This document shows, one piece after another, positions 23,001-36,120 of a stretch of DNA of 64,000 nucleotides. The number at the start of each line of letters is the position of its first letter. Position 1 is the stretch's first letter. Under the pieces are notes generated by a model. It saw only the letters and a list, made by a program, of their open reading frames with translations. It ran no database searches and was not told where the DNA came from. Where the stretch lies: contig NC_042997.1 of assembly GCF_006345805.1 (NCBI RefSeq), forward strand, positions 207,886,001-207,950,000, read 5' to 3'. Both the position numbers and the translations under genes were made by a program. This stretch comes from Octopus sinensis (lineage: Eukaryota).

Positions 23001-26000
23001 TGATTTTTGGTTTTACCTGACTCAACAGGCCTTCTCTAGGACATCATATTGTGTGATGCATCAGGTGTACTCTCAACAGGGTCAGACATGCAACACTGGC
23101 ATCGGCCATGGATACGATTTCACTTTAGTTGCCAGGTCTTCTCAGTTGCACAACATATCTCCAAAGGTCACTTGCCATTGCCTCAGTGAGGCCCAATGTT
23201 CAAAGTTCATGCTTCACCACCTCATCTCATGTCTTCCTGGGTCTACCTCTTCCATAGCTTCCGTCTACAAGTAGGGAGTGGCACTTCCTCACACAGCTGT
23301 CCTCATCCATACTTAACCCATGACCATACCAGCGCAGTCATCTCTCTTGCTCACCACATTTGATGCTTCTTCTGCACAACTTTTCTCTCAGGGCGCTTAC
23401 ACTCTGTTGTGTATGCACACTGACATTACACATCCAGTGGAGCATACTAGCTTCATTTCTTTCAAGCCTACGCATATCCTCAGCAGTCATGGCCCATGTT
23501 TTACTGCCGTGTAACATGGCAGTTTGCATCATACAGTCTACCTTTCATCCTGAGCGAGAGGCCTTTAGTTGCCAGGAGGGGTAGGATCTCCCTGAACTTT
23601 GCCCAGGCTATTCTTATTCTAGTGGTAACACTCTCTGAGCATCCACCCCAACTACTACCTTGCCCACCTAGGTAGCAGAAGCTAACAACTACTTCTAGTT
23701 TTTTCCCTTGTCATGTGATAGAATATGTTTTCTGTATATCTTCAGTGCTTATTGCCCCTGTGCATTGGCCACACACAAAAACTATTTTCCTGGTTACCTT
23801 CCTTTGATTTTGCTAAACCTTTTATGTGTCCATAGCTTACACTGGGTGCATTGTAAGGAGCTTCTACCCATGCCTTTCTACCTCTACGCTGGTTCAAATG
23901 GCCTTTACAAACTCTTTACATGAACACCACCCTGTACATAACTCGATGTCCCCCTACATGGCCTTGCTTTTTGATTTTGAGCCAAAAAACTAACCAACTA
24001 ACTAACTAACTAACTACAGATCAAGCAGGATCATCTACCTGAAGGGGTTTGTGATTTGTCAACTTTCCTATTTACTAAGACTTTCGTTTTTGCTAGGTTA
24101 ACCCTAATCCCCTTTGATTCTAGACCTTGCTTTCACACCTTAAATTTCGTCTCCTGTTCTGACAGTGACTCAGCTATTAGAGCAAGATCATCAGCATAGA
24201 AGACCTCCCAAGGGCAGCCTGTCTTGAATCTCTCTGTTATTGCCTGGAGGACTATAATGAACAAGACCGGCTGATGACTGATCCCTGGTGAACCACTTCT
24301 AACCAGAATTCTTCACTATACTCGTTGCCAACCCCCACCTTACTAACAGCATCCCTGTGCAGGGTTTGTACAGCTCTTAACAACCACTCCTACCAATCCC
24401 CAGTCTCCATGTTGACCACCAGAGAAGGGATCAGGGGACCCTGTCAAGGGCTTTTTTCGTGTCAATGAAAGCCAAGTATAGAAGTTTATCTTTGGCTAGA
24501 TATTTCTCCTGCAGCTGTCTTACCAGAAATATAGCATCAGTGGTGCTTCTGCCTGGCACAAAACCAAACTGCATCTTATCTAGGCTAACTCTCTCCCTAA
24601 TTAGTTGGACTATGACCCTCTCTGTAACTGTCATCACCTGATCCAATAATTTGATACCTCTGTAGTTATTTCTATCTAAAGCATCACCTTTCGCCCTTGT
24701 GACAGTTTGAATATGGTGCTGCAACACCAGTCATTGGGTATGACTCCTTCATGAACTACATGATGGTGGGTGACAAGACCCTAATCCACACCACCCGATA
24801 TTTTAAGCATCCCTGCAGTGTCTTCATATCCTTAATTGCTTTATCTACAGGGTCCCTCAATTGGGTCAATCTTTGGAAGATTCTCCTCCTCCCAATTCAT
24901 TCTCCACATTCAGCAGTCTTTCATAATGCCATCTCCAAGCCTCTTTCTTTGCAGAATCATTAAACACAAGGGCACCATCTTCCATGCAAACACATTTCTC
25001 TCCTATAGCATCACAGTTTTCTCTCACACACTGTGGAAACTAGGGATAGATGAATGGTTAGTGAAAGCTGTGCAAGCCATGTAAAAGGATGCTGTCAGTA
25101 AGGTGAGGGTTGACAATGAGTACAGTGATGAATTCTGGATAGGGGTAGGGATCCACCAAGGATCAGTGCTCAGCCCCCTCCTATTCACCACAGTCCCCAG
25201 GCAATAACAGAGGAATTCAGGAGAGGATATCCCAGGGGAGCTCCTCTATGCTGATGACCTTGCTCTAATTGCTGAGTCACTATCAGAACTAGAGGAGAAA
25301 TTTCGGGTGTGGAAGCAAAGATTAGAATCGAAGGGCCTTAGAGTCAACCTAGTTAAAACCAAAGTCCTAGTAAGTAGGAAGTCAGACAAATCGCAAATTC
25401 CTTCAGGTAGATAGCCCTACTCGATCTGTAGAAAAGGTGTAGGTAGAAACTCCGTAAGATGTACCCAGTGTAAGCTATGGATGCATAAGAGGTGCAGCAA
25501 TATCAAAGGAAGGCTAACTGGAAAGATAGTTTTTGTATGTGGCAGATGCTCAGGAGCAATAACACAGAAAATGTGCAGAGAACAGCTTCTGCCACATTCC
25601 TAGGGAGAAAAACTAGAAGTAGTTGATAGCTTCTCTTACCTAGGTGACCAAGTCAGTGGCAGGGGTTGATATTCTAAGAGTGTAGCTGCTAGAATAAGAA
25701 TAGCCTGGGCAAAGTTCAGAGAGCTCTTACCTCTGCTGGTGACCAAAGGCCTCTCGCTCAGAGTAAAAAGTAGACTGTATGACATATGTGTGCAATAAGC
25801 AATGCTACATGGCAGTGAAACATGGGCCATGACTGCTGAGGACATGCGTAATCTTGCAAGGAATGAAACCAGTATGCTCCGCTGGATGTGCAATGTCAGT
25901 GTGCATGCACAACAGAGTGTAAGCACCCCGAGAGAAAAGTTGGACTTAAGAAGCATCAGATGTGATGTGCAAGAGAGATGACAGCACTGTATGGCCATGT

Positions 26001-29000
26001 GTTGTGTATGGATGAGGACAGCTGTACAGCTGTGTGAAAAAGTGTCACACCCTAGCAGCAGAGAGAACCTAGCAGTAGGGGGAAGACCTGGGATGAGGTG
26101 ATGAAGCACGACCTTCGAACATTGGGTTATACCGAGGCAATGATAAGTGACCGAGACCTTTGGAGATATGCTGTGCTTGAGAAGACTCAGCAAGCCAAGT
26201 GAGACTGTAACCATGACATATGCCAGTGTAGCTTAACCAGCCCGTTTAAGAGTACCCTTCAATCATTGGCCAATAAACTGCACTTGCAAAGACCTGTTGA
26301 GACAAGTGAAGTCATTGTCACAGCCAATAACAGTACTTCTTGATTGGCTCCTCTGCCAGTGGTACATTAAAAGCACCGTTCAAGTGTGATCTTTGCCAGT
26401 GCCACCTGACTGGTTCCTCTGCCAGTGACATGTAAAAAGTATCATTTGAGCATGGTCGATGCCAGTGCCAGCTGACTGGTCCTGTCCTGATGGCATGTAA
26501 AAAAACCAGTCGAGTGTGATCATTGCCAGTACCACCTGACTGGCCCTTGTGCTGGTGGCATTTGAAAATCACCCACTACACTCTCAGAGTGTTTGGCGTT
26601 AGGAAGGGCATCCAGCTCTAGTAAGTTTGCCAGATTGGATTGAAGCCTGGTGCAGCCTTCTGGCTTGCCAGCCCTCAATCAAACCGTCCAACCCATGCCA
26701 GTTTGGAAAGCGGATGTTAAATGATGATGATGTTGAACATAAAACAACAAACAACAAATACATCAACCAACCTTTGCTATTTCTGTGTCTTGAGGATAAA
26801 CCACAAAGTTTACAACTTTGATCTGGCTTGAATTTAGATCTGAGTAGTTTTTCACTGCTTCATACATTGTTCTGGGTAGGTTTTCAATGGGGTACTTCAA
26901 TGTTCCAGCCCCTAATATAGGAAATGCAAGGCTTTTTGCACCCATTCTCTCAGCCTTTTCCAGACAAGTGGTTATTATTTGAGTCAAGTTTGCCAGATCT
27001 AAAAAAATAAGTGTTTAGCAATTGATAATGAACATTTTATTAAATTATTTTCTTATTACAGGAAGAAACCATTTAGTTGTAATAAATATATTCTCCTCTC
27101 ACAACTGTCATTCCTATCACTCTTTAGTCCTGCAAGGGACAAGGCAACCTCACTCATGTTGCTGCTACAATAAAACAGACCCAATCCACCGTGTAAAATG
27201 GTTGTTGAATGAAGAGAGACAATGCAGACCCAAGCGGAGTCTTTAGTGTTGCGGAAGACATGACAACCTCTCTAGTGCTCGTGCCATGACAGAGAAAAAC
27301 TCACCAATACAGAGAGTAAAACAGAGAAATATGTTTTAATATAGTCTTATTTATCAGTCACATAACTGTTGTTAGGCCATGAGGCTTTTTCCTTTCTATT
27401 TATATATAAAAGTGTCCTGTTCATCGATATCTTCTGCTTCCTTCCAATGATAACTTGGAAGAACAAATATAAAAAACAGGATGCTGACATTTGCTTTATG
27501 ATTCTCACACAACATGCATAAGGTTCTCTTCAAACATTAACTGTTTCAATAAATCAATATCATATTATTGATACTTACTGAATCAGGGGAATTTTCATCC
27601 CAGGGAGGTAATGCCAGATGAAATACATTCTTACAGTTGAGGTTATATCCTTTAGTGATGGCTATTTTAGATGTAGAAATACCTTGAGGATATCTCTGGT
27701 TACATTCGTTTTGTATCTCAGGACCAGCAGCAAGGAGAATAAATTTGGAGATAGAACCATTGCTAAGCTCAAGGTTTTTATTGGTGCTGTTAACGATGAC
27801 ATCAAGCTGAAAAAGTAATTAATGGTAAACAACTAAGGACATTCCATGGAGAGAAGAGAGATACATTTGTGCAGTTGATATTGTTGTTAAGAAAGGCTCT
27901 ACAGAATGGCTGTAGTAAGTTTGAGGTTGTTAAAGTTAGCAAAAGATGTACTCAAGATATCAGATGTGAAGGAAATAAAATGTTTGAGTTTGATTGAGAA
28001 AATGTTTTAATTAACTTTAATGATTCCTCATTTGGAATGAAATAACAATTAATATAAATAAGTTACATGAATCTATTTACTCACAGATGCATTAGAAATT
28101 GAATCAATCATTAGGTTTATTTCAATGCCATCATATTCTTTGGATGTCTCATTAGTTCTGGGTGTCATAGAGGATGGTTCCTGTTGTGAGCCAGGAAGGG
28201 ATGCATTTGACGATGCAGTGTCTGGAAATAAACAAAATTCTTTATTTGCTTTGTTTTGTTTCTATTTTTAATCAAACATTCTTCTCTGTATTTAAAGAAC
28301 TACTTTATTCCATATCGGTTGGAAATTTTGGCACAGGGCCATCAATTTCAAGAGGCACCAAAAGTTGATTTTTTTGACTCCAGTTTTCAACTGGTTCTCA
28401 TTTTATTGACCCTGAAACGATGCAACTCAGACTGATGAAATGCAGCTAAACATTTCACCCAATTTGCTGATGATTGTACCAGCTCACCACCTCACAACAG
28501 CAGCAGCAGCAGTAGTAGTAGTAATAATAAGTGCAATGTATACAAACAGCCTGCATGGATGGAAAGATAAAGTAAATAATCCCACTAAGAGCAGATGTAT
28601 TTTTTCTACTTGAAGCAAGCAAAGGGGAAACTAATAAACCCAACCAACTAATAAGAATAATTGCTAAACATGACCTTTACAAGAAAACAAAGGATACACA
28701 GATTGAAATCCTCAAAATAAAAACTACAATTAAAAACCAAATGACAAAAAATGCTTATCATTCCATAGACAAAACATTCTATTCAAGTAGAACACAAATA
28801 TTCTACAGGGAACTGGAGAAAAATACCATTATAGTGAAAACATCTCTTTCCCAGCAGCAAACTGAAGATGTTAGAAAAACATTTGAAGTAATCCAAAGGA
28901 GTTTTATCAGAAAGCACATTAGGTCAGGGTCATAGAAGAGGCCAATGCCCACTGCAAATATCAAGAATGGCAGGATATAACAATTGTAGAAGTGAAAGTG

Positions 29001-32000
29001 GTGCTCGCCAAATCAAAGAAATGGAAATGTCCAGGTATAGATAAAATTCCAAATTTTTGGCTAAATTCTTTAACGAGCACCCACTACAACTTAGCCCTAG
29101 CATTCAATGAAGTCATGTTGAACCCTGCAAAAACCAGGGATTACATATCTCTTACCAAAAACAGAAAAAACTACTAACCCTGCAAAATACCAACCCATAC
29201 CACGCCTCACCACCATATATAAACTGTTAATATCTATGATAGTGAATATAGCATATGAATTCTTTGAAGTTACTCCCAGTGGCACAACAAAAGGGATGTA
29301 AAAGGAGTTCATATGGATGTAAGGACCATCATCATCATCGTTTAGCGTCCGTTTTCCATGCTAGCATGGGTTGGACGGTTCTACTGGGGTCTGTGAAGCC
29401 AGAAGGCTTCATCAGGCCCAGTCAAATCTGGCAGTGTTTCTACGGCTGGATGCCCTTCCTAACGCCAACCACTCCAAGAGTGTAGTGGGTGCTTTTTACG
29501 TGCCACCCGCACAGGTGCCAGACAGAGCTGGCAAACGGCCACGAACGGATGGTGCTTTTTATGTGCCACTGGCACGAGGGCCAGGCGAGGCTGGCAACGG
29601 ACACGAAACGGGGCGGTGCTGGCAACGGTCGCGAAACGGAAGGTTCTCTTACATGCCACCGGCACTGGTAACACATCTGCAATTTCCATTGATCGAGATA
29701 AAATGGTCATTGAAAATTGCAAATCCAAATGCAGAAACCTTAGCACTGCTTGGATAGATTCCAGGAAGGCTTTTGACAGTGTCCCCCATGCATTAGGAAG
29801 GGCATACAGCTGTAGAAACTTTGCCAGATCAGATTGGAGCCTAGTGCAGCCTTCTAGCTCGCCAGTCGTCAGTCAAACCATCCAACCCATGCCAACTTGG
29901 AATGCAGGCATTAAACAATGATGATGATGAATTTGTGGAGAACAACTGTCATTTTAAACCATACACAAGGATATACCACCTCACCAACATCTATATCACC
30001 TTTCAACGACTCATTATCACCATTACTCTTTTGTTCCCTTTATCCACGCAACTGAATAATGTTAGAGATGGTATATATGCATGATCTAAAACTGTTTGCC
30101 AAAAACAACAAAGAGCTCCTGAATATTGTCAAGGAATTCAGCTCTGATATAGGCATGGAATTCAGACTTGATAAATGTGCCAAGGCTACTTTCAAGGCAG
30201 GAAGTTCATAAGGGCAGAAAACATAGAACTTGAGATTACCAGTGCTATTTGAAACCTAGACCAAACTGAAGTATACAAATATCTGGGAACCAACGAAGGT
30301 GATGGTATCCAGCACTCTAAAATAAAAGAGAAATCTGCAAGGAATACTACCAATGGGTAAGATGGTCCTAAACTCAGAATTAAATGCTGCTAAAGGAATT
30401 AATGCAATCAATTCTTTGGCCCTACCAGTAACCACATATAGCTTTGATATCGTTAAGTGGAATCTCACTGACATACAGAATATGGATGGAAAGACCAGTA
30501 AAATCATTACAAGGTACCGAATACACCATCCAAAATCAGGTGTAGACAGGATTTATCTCCCAAGAAAAATAGGCAGAAGAGGCCTGATACAGCTTGAGCT
30601 ATCCTTCAAATCAGCAATAATAGGCCTTGAAACGAACCTTAATATAACAAGTGATGTGCTCTTACGAACTTCACTGAAGCATGAAGATTCCAAGCAAGCT
30701 TCGGTCATGAAGCTTAGTCAAGAATTTAAAAAGTCTCTTGACCTACAAGTTAACAATAAGAATGACCAAAGACACCCAAATACTGACAGACCTACCACTG
30801 CTTCCCCTGATTTAGAAATTAACAATCAGAAAGAGCAAAGACATCATCCAAATGGTGACAAACCTATCACTGATGCAAAAGACATCAAACAAAAAGCAAA
30901 GAAGGCTTGCATGAATAATATGGAAGGCAACTGGAAGGGTAAACTCCTGCCTGGAAAATCTAACACGCCAATGGCTGCAAGGGACAGGTCTGAAAGGATG
31001 AAACAGAAGTTTTGCTATTACAGAGCAAGATTAGAGCTTACCTACCAAGCAAATGTCCTTAAAGATGGATCTGACCCCTTATGCAGAATTTGGAGGAAAA
31101 TTCACAGAGACAATTGATCATGCTGTTTCTGGCTGCTCATCCTCGGTGAAAAGGAGAACCTGATAAACATGACAAACTAGGTCAGTACATGCACCGGAAT
31201 GCTTCTAAAATACCTACAAAATTAAATCCCATGATAAGTTGTACAAGCACCATCCAGAGGATGTAGTTAATGGCAAAGGCATCACCATTCTCTGGAACTT
31301 CCCTATACAAACAGACAGAAAAATTGACTCCAATCGACCAGACATTGTGATCAAGGACAACAACAGAGGAACATGTCTGTTAATAGATATGTCTGTCCCA
31401 CAAGATCAAAATGTCTCAAGAAGAGAATACGAAAAGCTTTCTCACTGTAAAGATCTGCCAATTGAAATCACAGAAATGTGGAAGCTTAGCTCTACGATAA
31501 TACCAGTAGTATTTGGTGCATTGGGAATGATAAAGAAGGGAACCAAGAAATATATTAAGCAACTCCTGGTAACTCCAATCTCCTTGAACTATAGAAGATA
31601 ACCTTGATGGGTACAGCCCTTATACAACAGAAAGCACTTTCTGTCAAAAATGGAATATATGTGGTGATTAGTTTAGTATGCCTAACAAAACAAAAGTGCC
31701 CTTACTAATCTTGGCCTCCACTCGTAGCTCATGTTTCACAGTTGTGTAGCATGGTTGCTTACACACATGCGTCATACAGTCTACCTTTTACTCTGAGCGA
31801 GAGGCCCTTTGTTACCAGCAGAGGTAGGAGCTTTCTGAATTTTGCCCAGGCTATTCTTATTCTATCAGCCAAACTCTCTAAGCATCCACCCCCAATACTG
31901 ACTTGGTCACCTAGGTAGCGGAACCTATCAATTACTTCTAGTTTCTACCCCTAGAGTGTGAGGGAATCTGTTTTCTGAATGGTGTTTATTGCCCCTGTGC

Positions 32001-35000
32001 ATCTGATACACACAAAAACTATCTTCCCAGTTAAACTTCCTTTGATGTTGCTGCACCTCTAAAGTGTGTCCATAGCTTACACTGGGTACATCTTATGGAG
32101 TTTCTACCTAAACTTTTTCTACAGGGCCATCTACATGAAGGGATTTGTGATTTGTCTACCTTCCTACTTATTAAAACTTTGGTTTTTGCTAGATTGACAC
32201 TAAGGCCCTTCGATTCTAGACCTTGCTTCCACACCTTAAACTTTGTCTCCAGTTTTGGCAGTGAGTTGGCTTGTAGAGCAAGGTCATCAGCATAGAAGAA
32301 CTCCCAGGGGCAACTTGCCTTGAATTCCTCGTTATTGCCTGGAGGACTATAATGAATAAGAGAGGGCTGAGGACTGATGCTTGGTGAATCCTGACTTCTA
32401 CTTGGAATTCTTCTATATACTCATTGCTAACCCTCAAATTACTGACAGCATCCCTGTACAACTCTTACCAACCATTCATTTATCCCCAGTTTCTGTATTG
32501 ACCACTAGATAAGGGATCGGGGAACCCTATCAAAAGCTTTTGTCAAATCAACAGAGGTTTATCTTTGGCTAGGTATTTCTCCTGCAGCTGTCTTACCAGA
32601 AATATAACATCAGTGGTGCTTCTACCTGGCACAAAACCAAACTGTATCTTGTCTAAACTGACTCTCTCCATAATTAGTTGGACTATGACCCTCTCTGTAA
32701 CTTTCATCAACCGATCCAATAATTTGATACCTCTGTAGTTATTTCTATCTAAAGCATCGCCTTTACTTTTGTAGCAGTTGACTATGATGCTGCTACGCCA
32801 GTCAATGGGTATGACATCTTCATGAACTACCTGATTTACAATATGGGTGACTAAACCATAACCTACACCACCAGATATTAGAAGCATCTCAGCAGTGATT
32901 CCTGATGAGCCAGGTGCTTTTCCTGTCTTCATATCCTTAATTGCTTTATCTACCAGGGTACTGTTGATTTGGGTAGAAGGTCCCTCAACTGGGTCAACAT
33001 TTGGCAGGCTCTCCTCCTCTCATTCATTCTCCACATTCAGTAGTCTTTCATGATGGCATCTCCAAGCCTTTTTTTTTGTTGCAGAATCATTAAATGCAAG
33101 GGCACCATCATCCATGCAGACACATTCTCTCCTATATGTATGTATACACATATATGTGTGCATGCGTGCGTGTGTGTTGAATAAAATGATAAGACAAAGC
33201 CAAGGCAGTGTGATATTTGTAGGACATTTATAAAGAGAAAGGGAGTCTTACAGCTGTTTCAGGGATTTGAAAATATCCCATCATCAGAGACATTATGAAA
33301 GTGTTTCAATAGAAGGAAATTGTAGAGTTTATTATATATATTGGATGTTAAGTTGGTGTTCCATTATCCAAGGAATGTGCTTTGTAGAACGGGTAAAGGG
33401 GCTTCTTGTCTATGGTATGTAAATTCCAATAGCAGTTCATATTTTGTCATCACAAATGGAAAATGTACAGATATTAATTCCATGTGCAGTTCATTCAAAA
33501 GGATTTCATATATATATATATATATAATTATATATATATATATATTACTTTATTTTAAGCAGCAGAAAATTCAACAAAATCTGTTACTCTGAGTTTCTCG
33601 TTGCCGTTCATCAGACAGTTTTTGCTAGAATGGAACCGATATATCAATTCAATCTAGACTCTTACAAACGCTACACCTTTAAAAAGAAATGGACTTGTTT
33701 GATTGGCCCTTTAGAAAAAAACGGTCAATCTTCGAGCGATAAACAAAAAGGTCAAAAAATATATGTATATATATATAAAAAAACACTTATAAAAAAATTA
33801 TAAAATCCGAGGAAAAAACCTTACATTGAATAAAATACATATTGACGTTAATGAAGAAAGTATAAATTAATTCATAGAAATTAAACCTGTTATAAATATT
33901 ACACTGCAATACATATTTTTATTAAAATGTGCATATATATATCAACATACACAAAAGGATGCGCGCAAACGCCATACATATACAGACGTATGAATATAAA
34001 TCTAAATATACACATAAATGCATGTGTACATATATTCACGCAAACCATCTCGCACGCAAGTTTTAAAATGATCTATGTAGCGATTCTCATATACTGAGTA
34101 AGGGGGGGGGACGAAAGAAAGGAAGAGAGAGAAAAAGGAACGAAGGGGGGTGGGGGAAAAAAACGAAATAAGAAAAAATTATGTATACAAGCTGTGTAAC
34201 GGCATTATTGGCATATATGGAGACAAGTATAAACACAAGTTCGAATGGATACATACACATACAGTCGTGTATATGTGTGCTTAAGCACAAACATACTCTC
34301 ACTTACACATACACAGATACGCATGCTTACAAATACATATCCTCGGCTATACACATACTTACATCAACATTCTAATTTTGACAACATGCTTTTTTTTAAA
34401 AAAACATTGCTTTTTTTAAAAGAATGGGTGCATTAATAAAAATATATACGAAAGACATATAAAATAAAATATAACACCCTATTTTGGATCATTTATAAAT
34501 AATCAAGGTAATATAAATAATCAAGGTAATCCTATACAATACAATAACATGAAAACAAAGTTGAAGGTTTTTCCTGATGTATATGTAGAAACATAAGACT
34601 TTGCTATACGGATTAAGATGGAAACAAAATCCATCGTAGCGCTCATCGTTCAAGAGTCAAAATCAAAATTTCAAAAATCAAAAATACAAAATATATACCC
34701 TATCCATATGGTATATTTATATTCGACATTTTAAATTTAGCCGCGTGCCTACATAAGTTCATTAGCTCACTTCTTTGATTCAAAGAATTATTGTCTTTGA
34801 ATAAGATGTACATTTTTTCTAATAGACAAAGTTTGCACTTGAAATTATTTTTGTATGCTCCATGCTATGTATGGTGCCCCCTGTCCAGAATGCTCCATGT
34901 CACGTTGAAAGGTGGGGCTTCCTTTTCTTTTAGTTCCCAGAATATTTGCTAGGCTGGTCCTCTTCCTATTCTCTGGGTATTTAAATGAATTTTTATGAGA

Positions 35001-35880
35001 ATAAAATCTTGTTTTAATGAATTTTCTGAAGCCCCTGTGTATGTCTTGTATTCTGATGAGCCTCCACTTGCACCTTGGCTCTATAAACTACTCCTTTCAC
35101 TAGACATTTCCTTCTAACGGACAGGAGCTTCGTTTTGCAAATTGCATTTCTTAATGGGCTCGGCACCATGTCTAATCTCAATTAGCTTCCTATTATGTTG
35201 GCTAATGTAAGAGGCGAAATTTCTGCAACAAGAATAGCTAACCTTCAGGGTTCTTCTATTAAATATCCTATAGAATTATGACCCTGCTTAAAATGCTTAG
35301 AGACTAATCTCAAAAATTCCTTACCTATATTAGTCTTTACGGCCAAATTGAAAGCCGGGTGAACCACAAAACTTTCTGGTCCTAGTTCTTCGTGCAGCAT
35401 TATTATCAGCATTAAGCTGGTTGAACTGGATCTTCTCAGAGAATCCACTATTCTTTAATGCGCTATCGTAGTAAGGTGCAGCATTATGGAATGCTGCCTC
35501 GTCCGAAGAAATTGAAGATATTCTTCTACCTACATTGCTGACTAAGTTCCTAAGGATAACTGGTGGATGGTTCGAATCTTTGCTAATATACGATAGCTTT
35601 TCATTGGGCTTACGGAAAGTTTTAAATCTATCCGATCTTACATTAAAATTTACGTCTAAAAAATCTACACTATTCAGGTTAGCATCTATCGTAACCCGTA
35701 AGCCCATCCTTTGAAAGAAAGCTATGAGGTCCTTCTAAGTCTATCTGATTCATGGCCGTTTAGATTATGCGTGGCTATAAGGCCGTCATCCCTATATAAA
35801 CCTGCATCTATAAAAGGGAATTCTATTTTTAGATTATGGAGAATAAAGGCTCCTATGAGCATACATAACTCAGCCCCGTC

Positions 35881-35923
<43 letters not shown>

Positions 35924-36067
35924 ATATATATAGATATATATATAATATATATATTATATATATATATATAAAATATTATTTTGCAGCAAAACGTCTGATG
36001 AACGGCAACGAGAAACTCAGAGTAACAGATTTTGTTGAATTTTCTGCTGCTTAAAATAAAGTATATA

Positions 36068-36120
<53 letters not shown>

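Larger units (their letters stand above)
28560..31650 (+). mobile_element. R4/Dong-clade LINE (RT and RLE), 5'-truncated and decayed, with two nested RTE 3' UTR insertions
   Basis: [42 protein letters not shown]-like, [21 protein letters not shown]. Confidence 0.85.
33546..36063 (-). mobile_element. Penelope-like element (5'-truncated RT and GIY-YIG) bounded by about 80-bp inverted pLTR repeats in (TA)n
   Basis: Minus strand has DGAELC, LYRDDGL, SVDFLDV, KDSNHPP and a GIY-YIG at about 34740-35150 (CP..GNCL...VVY.A.V; CKLCL.EK; CRH). The repeats 33546-33626 and 35985-36063 are inverted copies. Confidence 0.88.
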
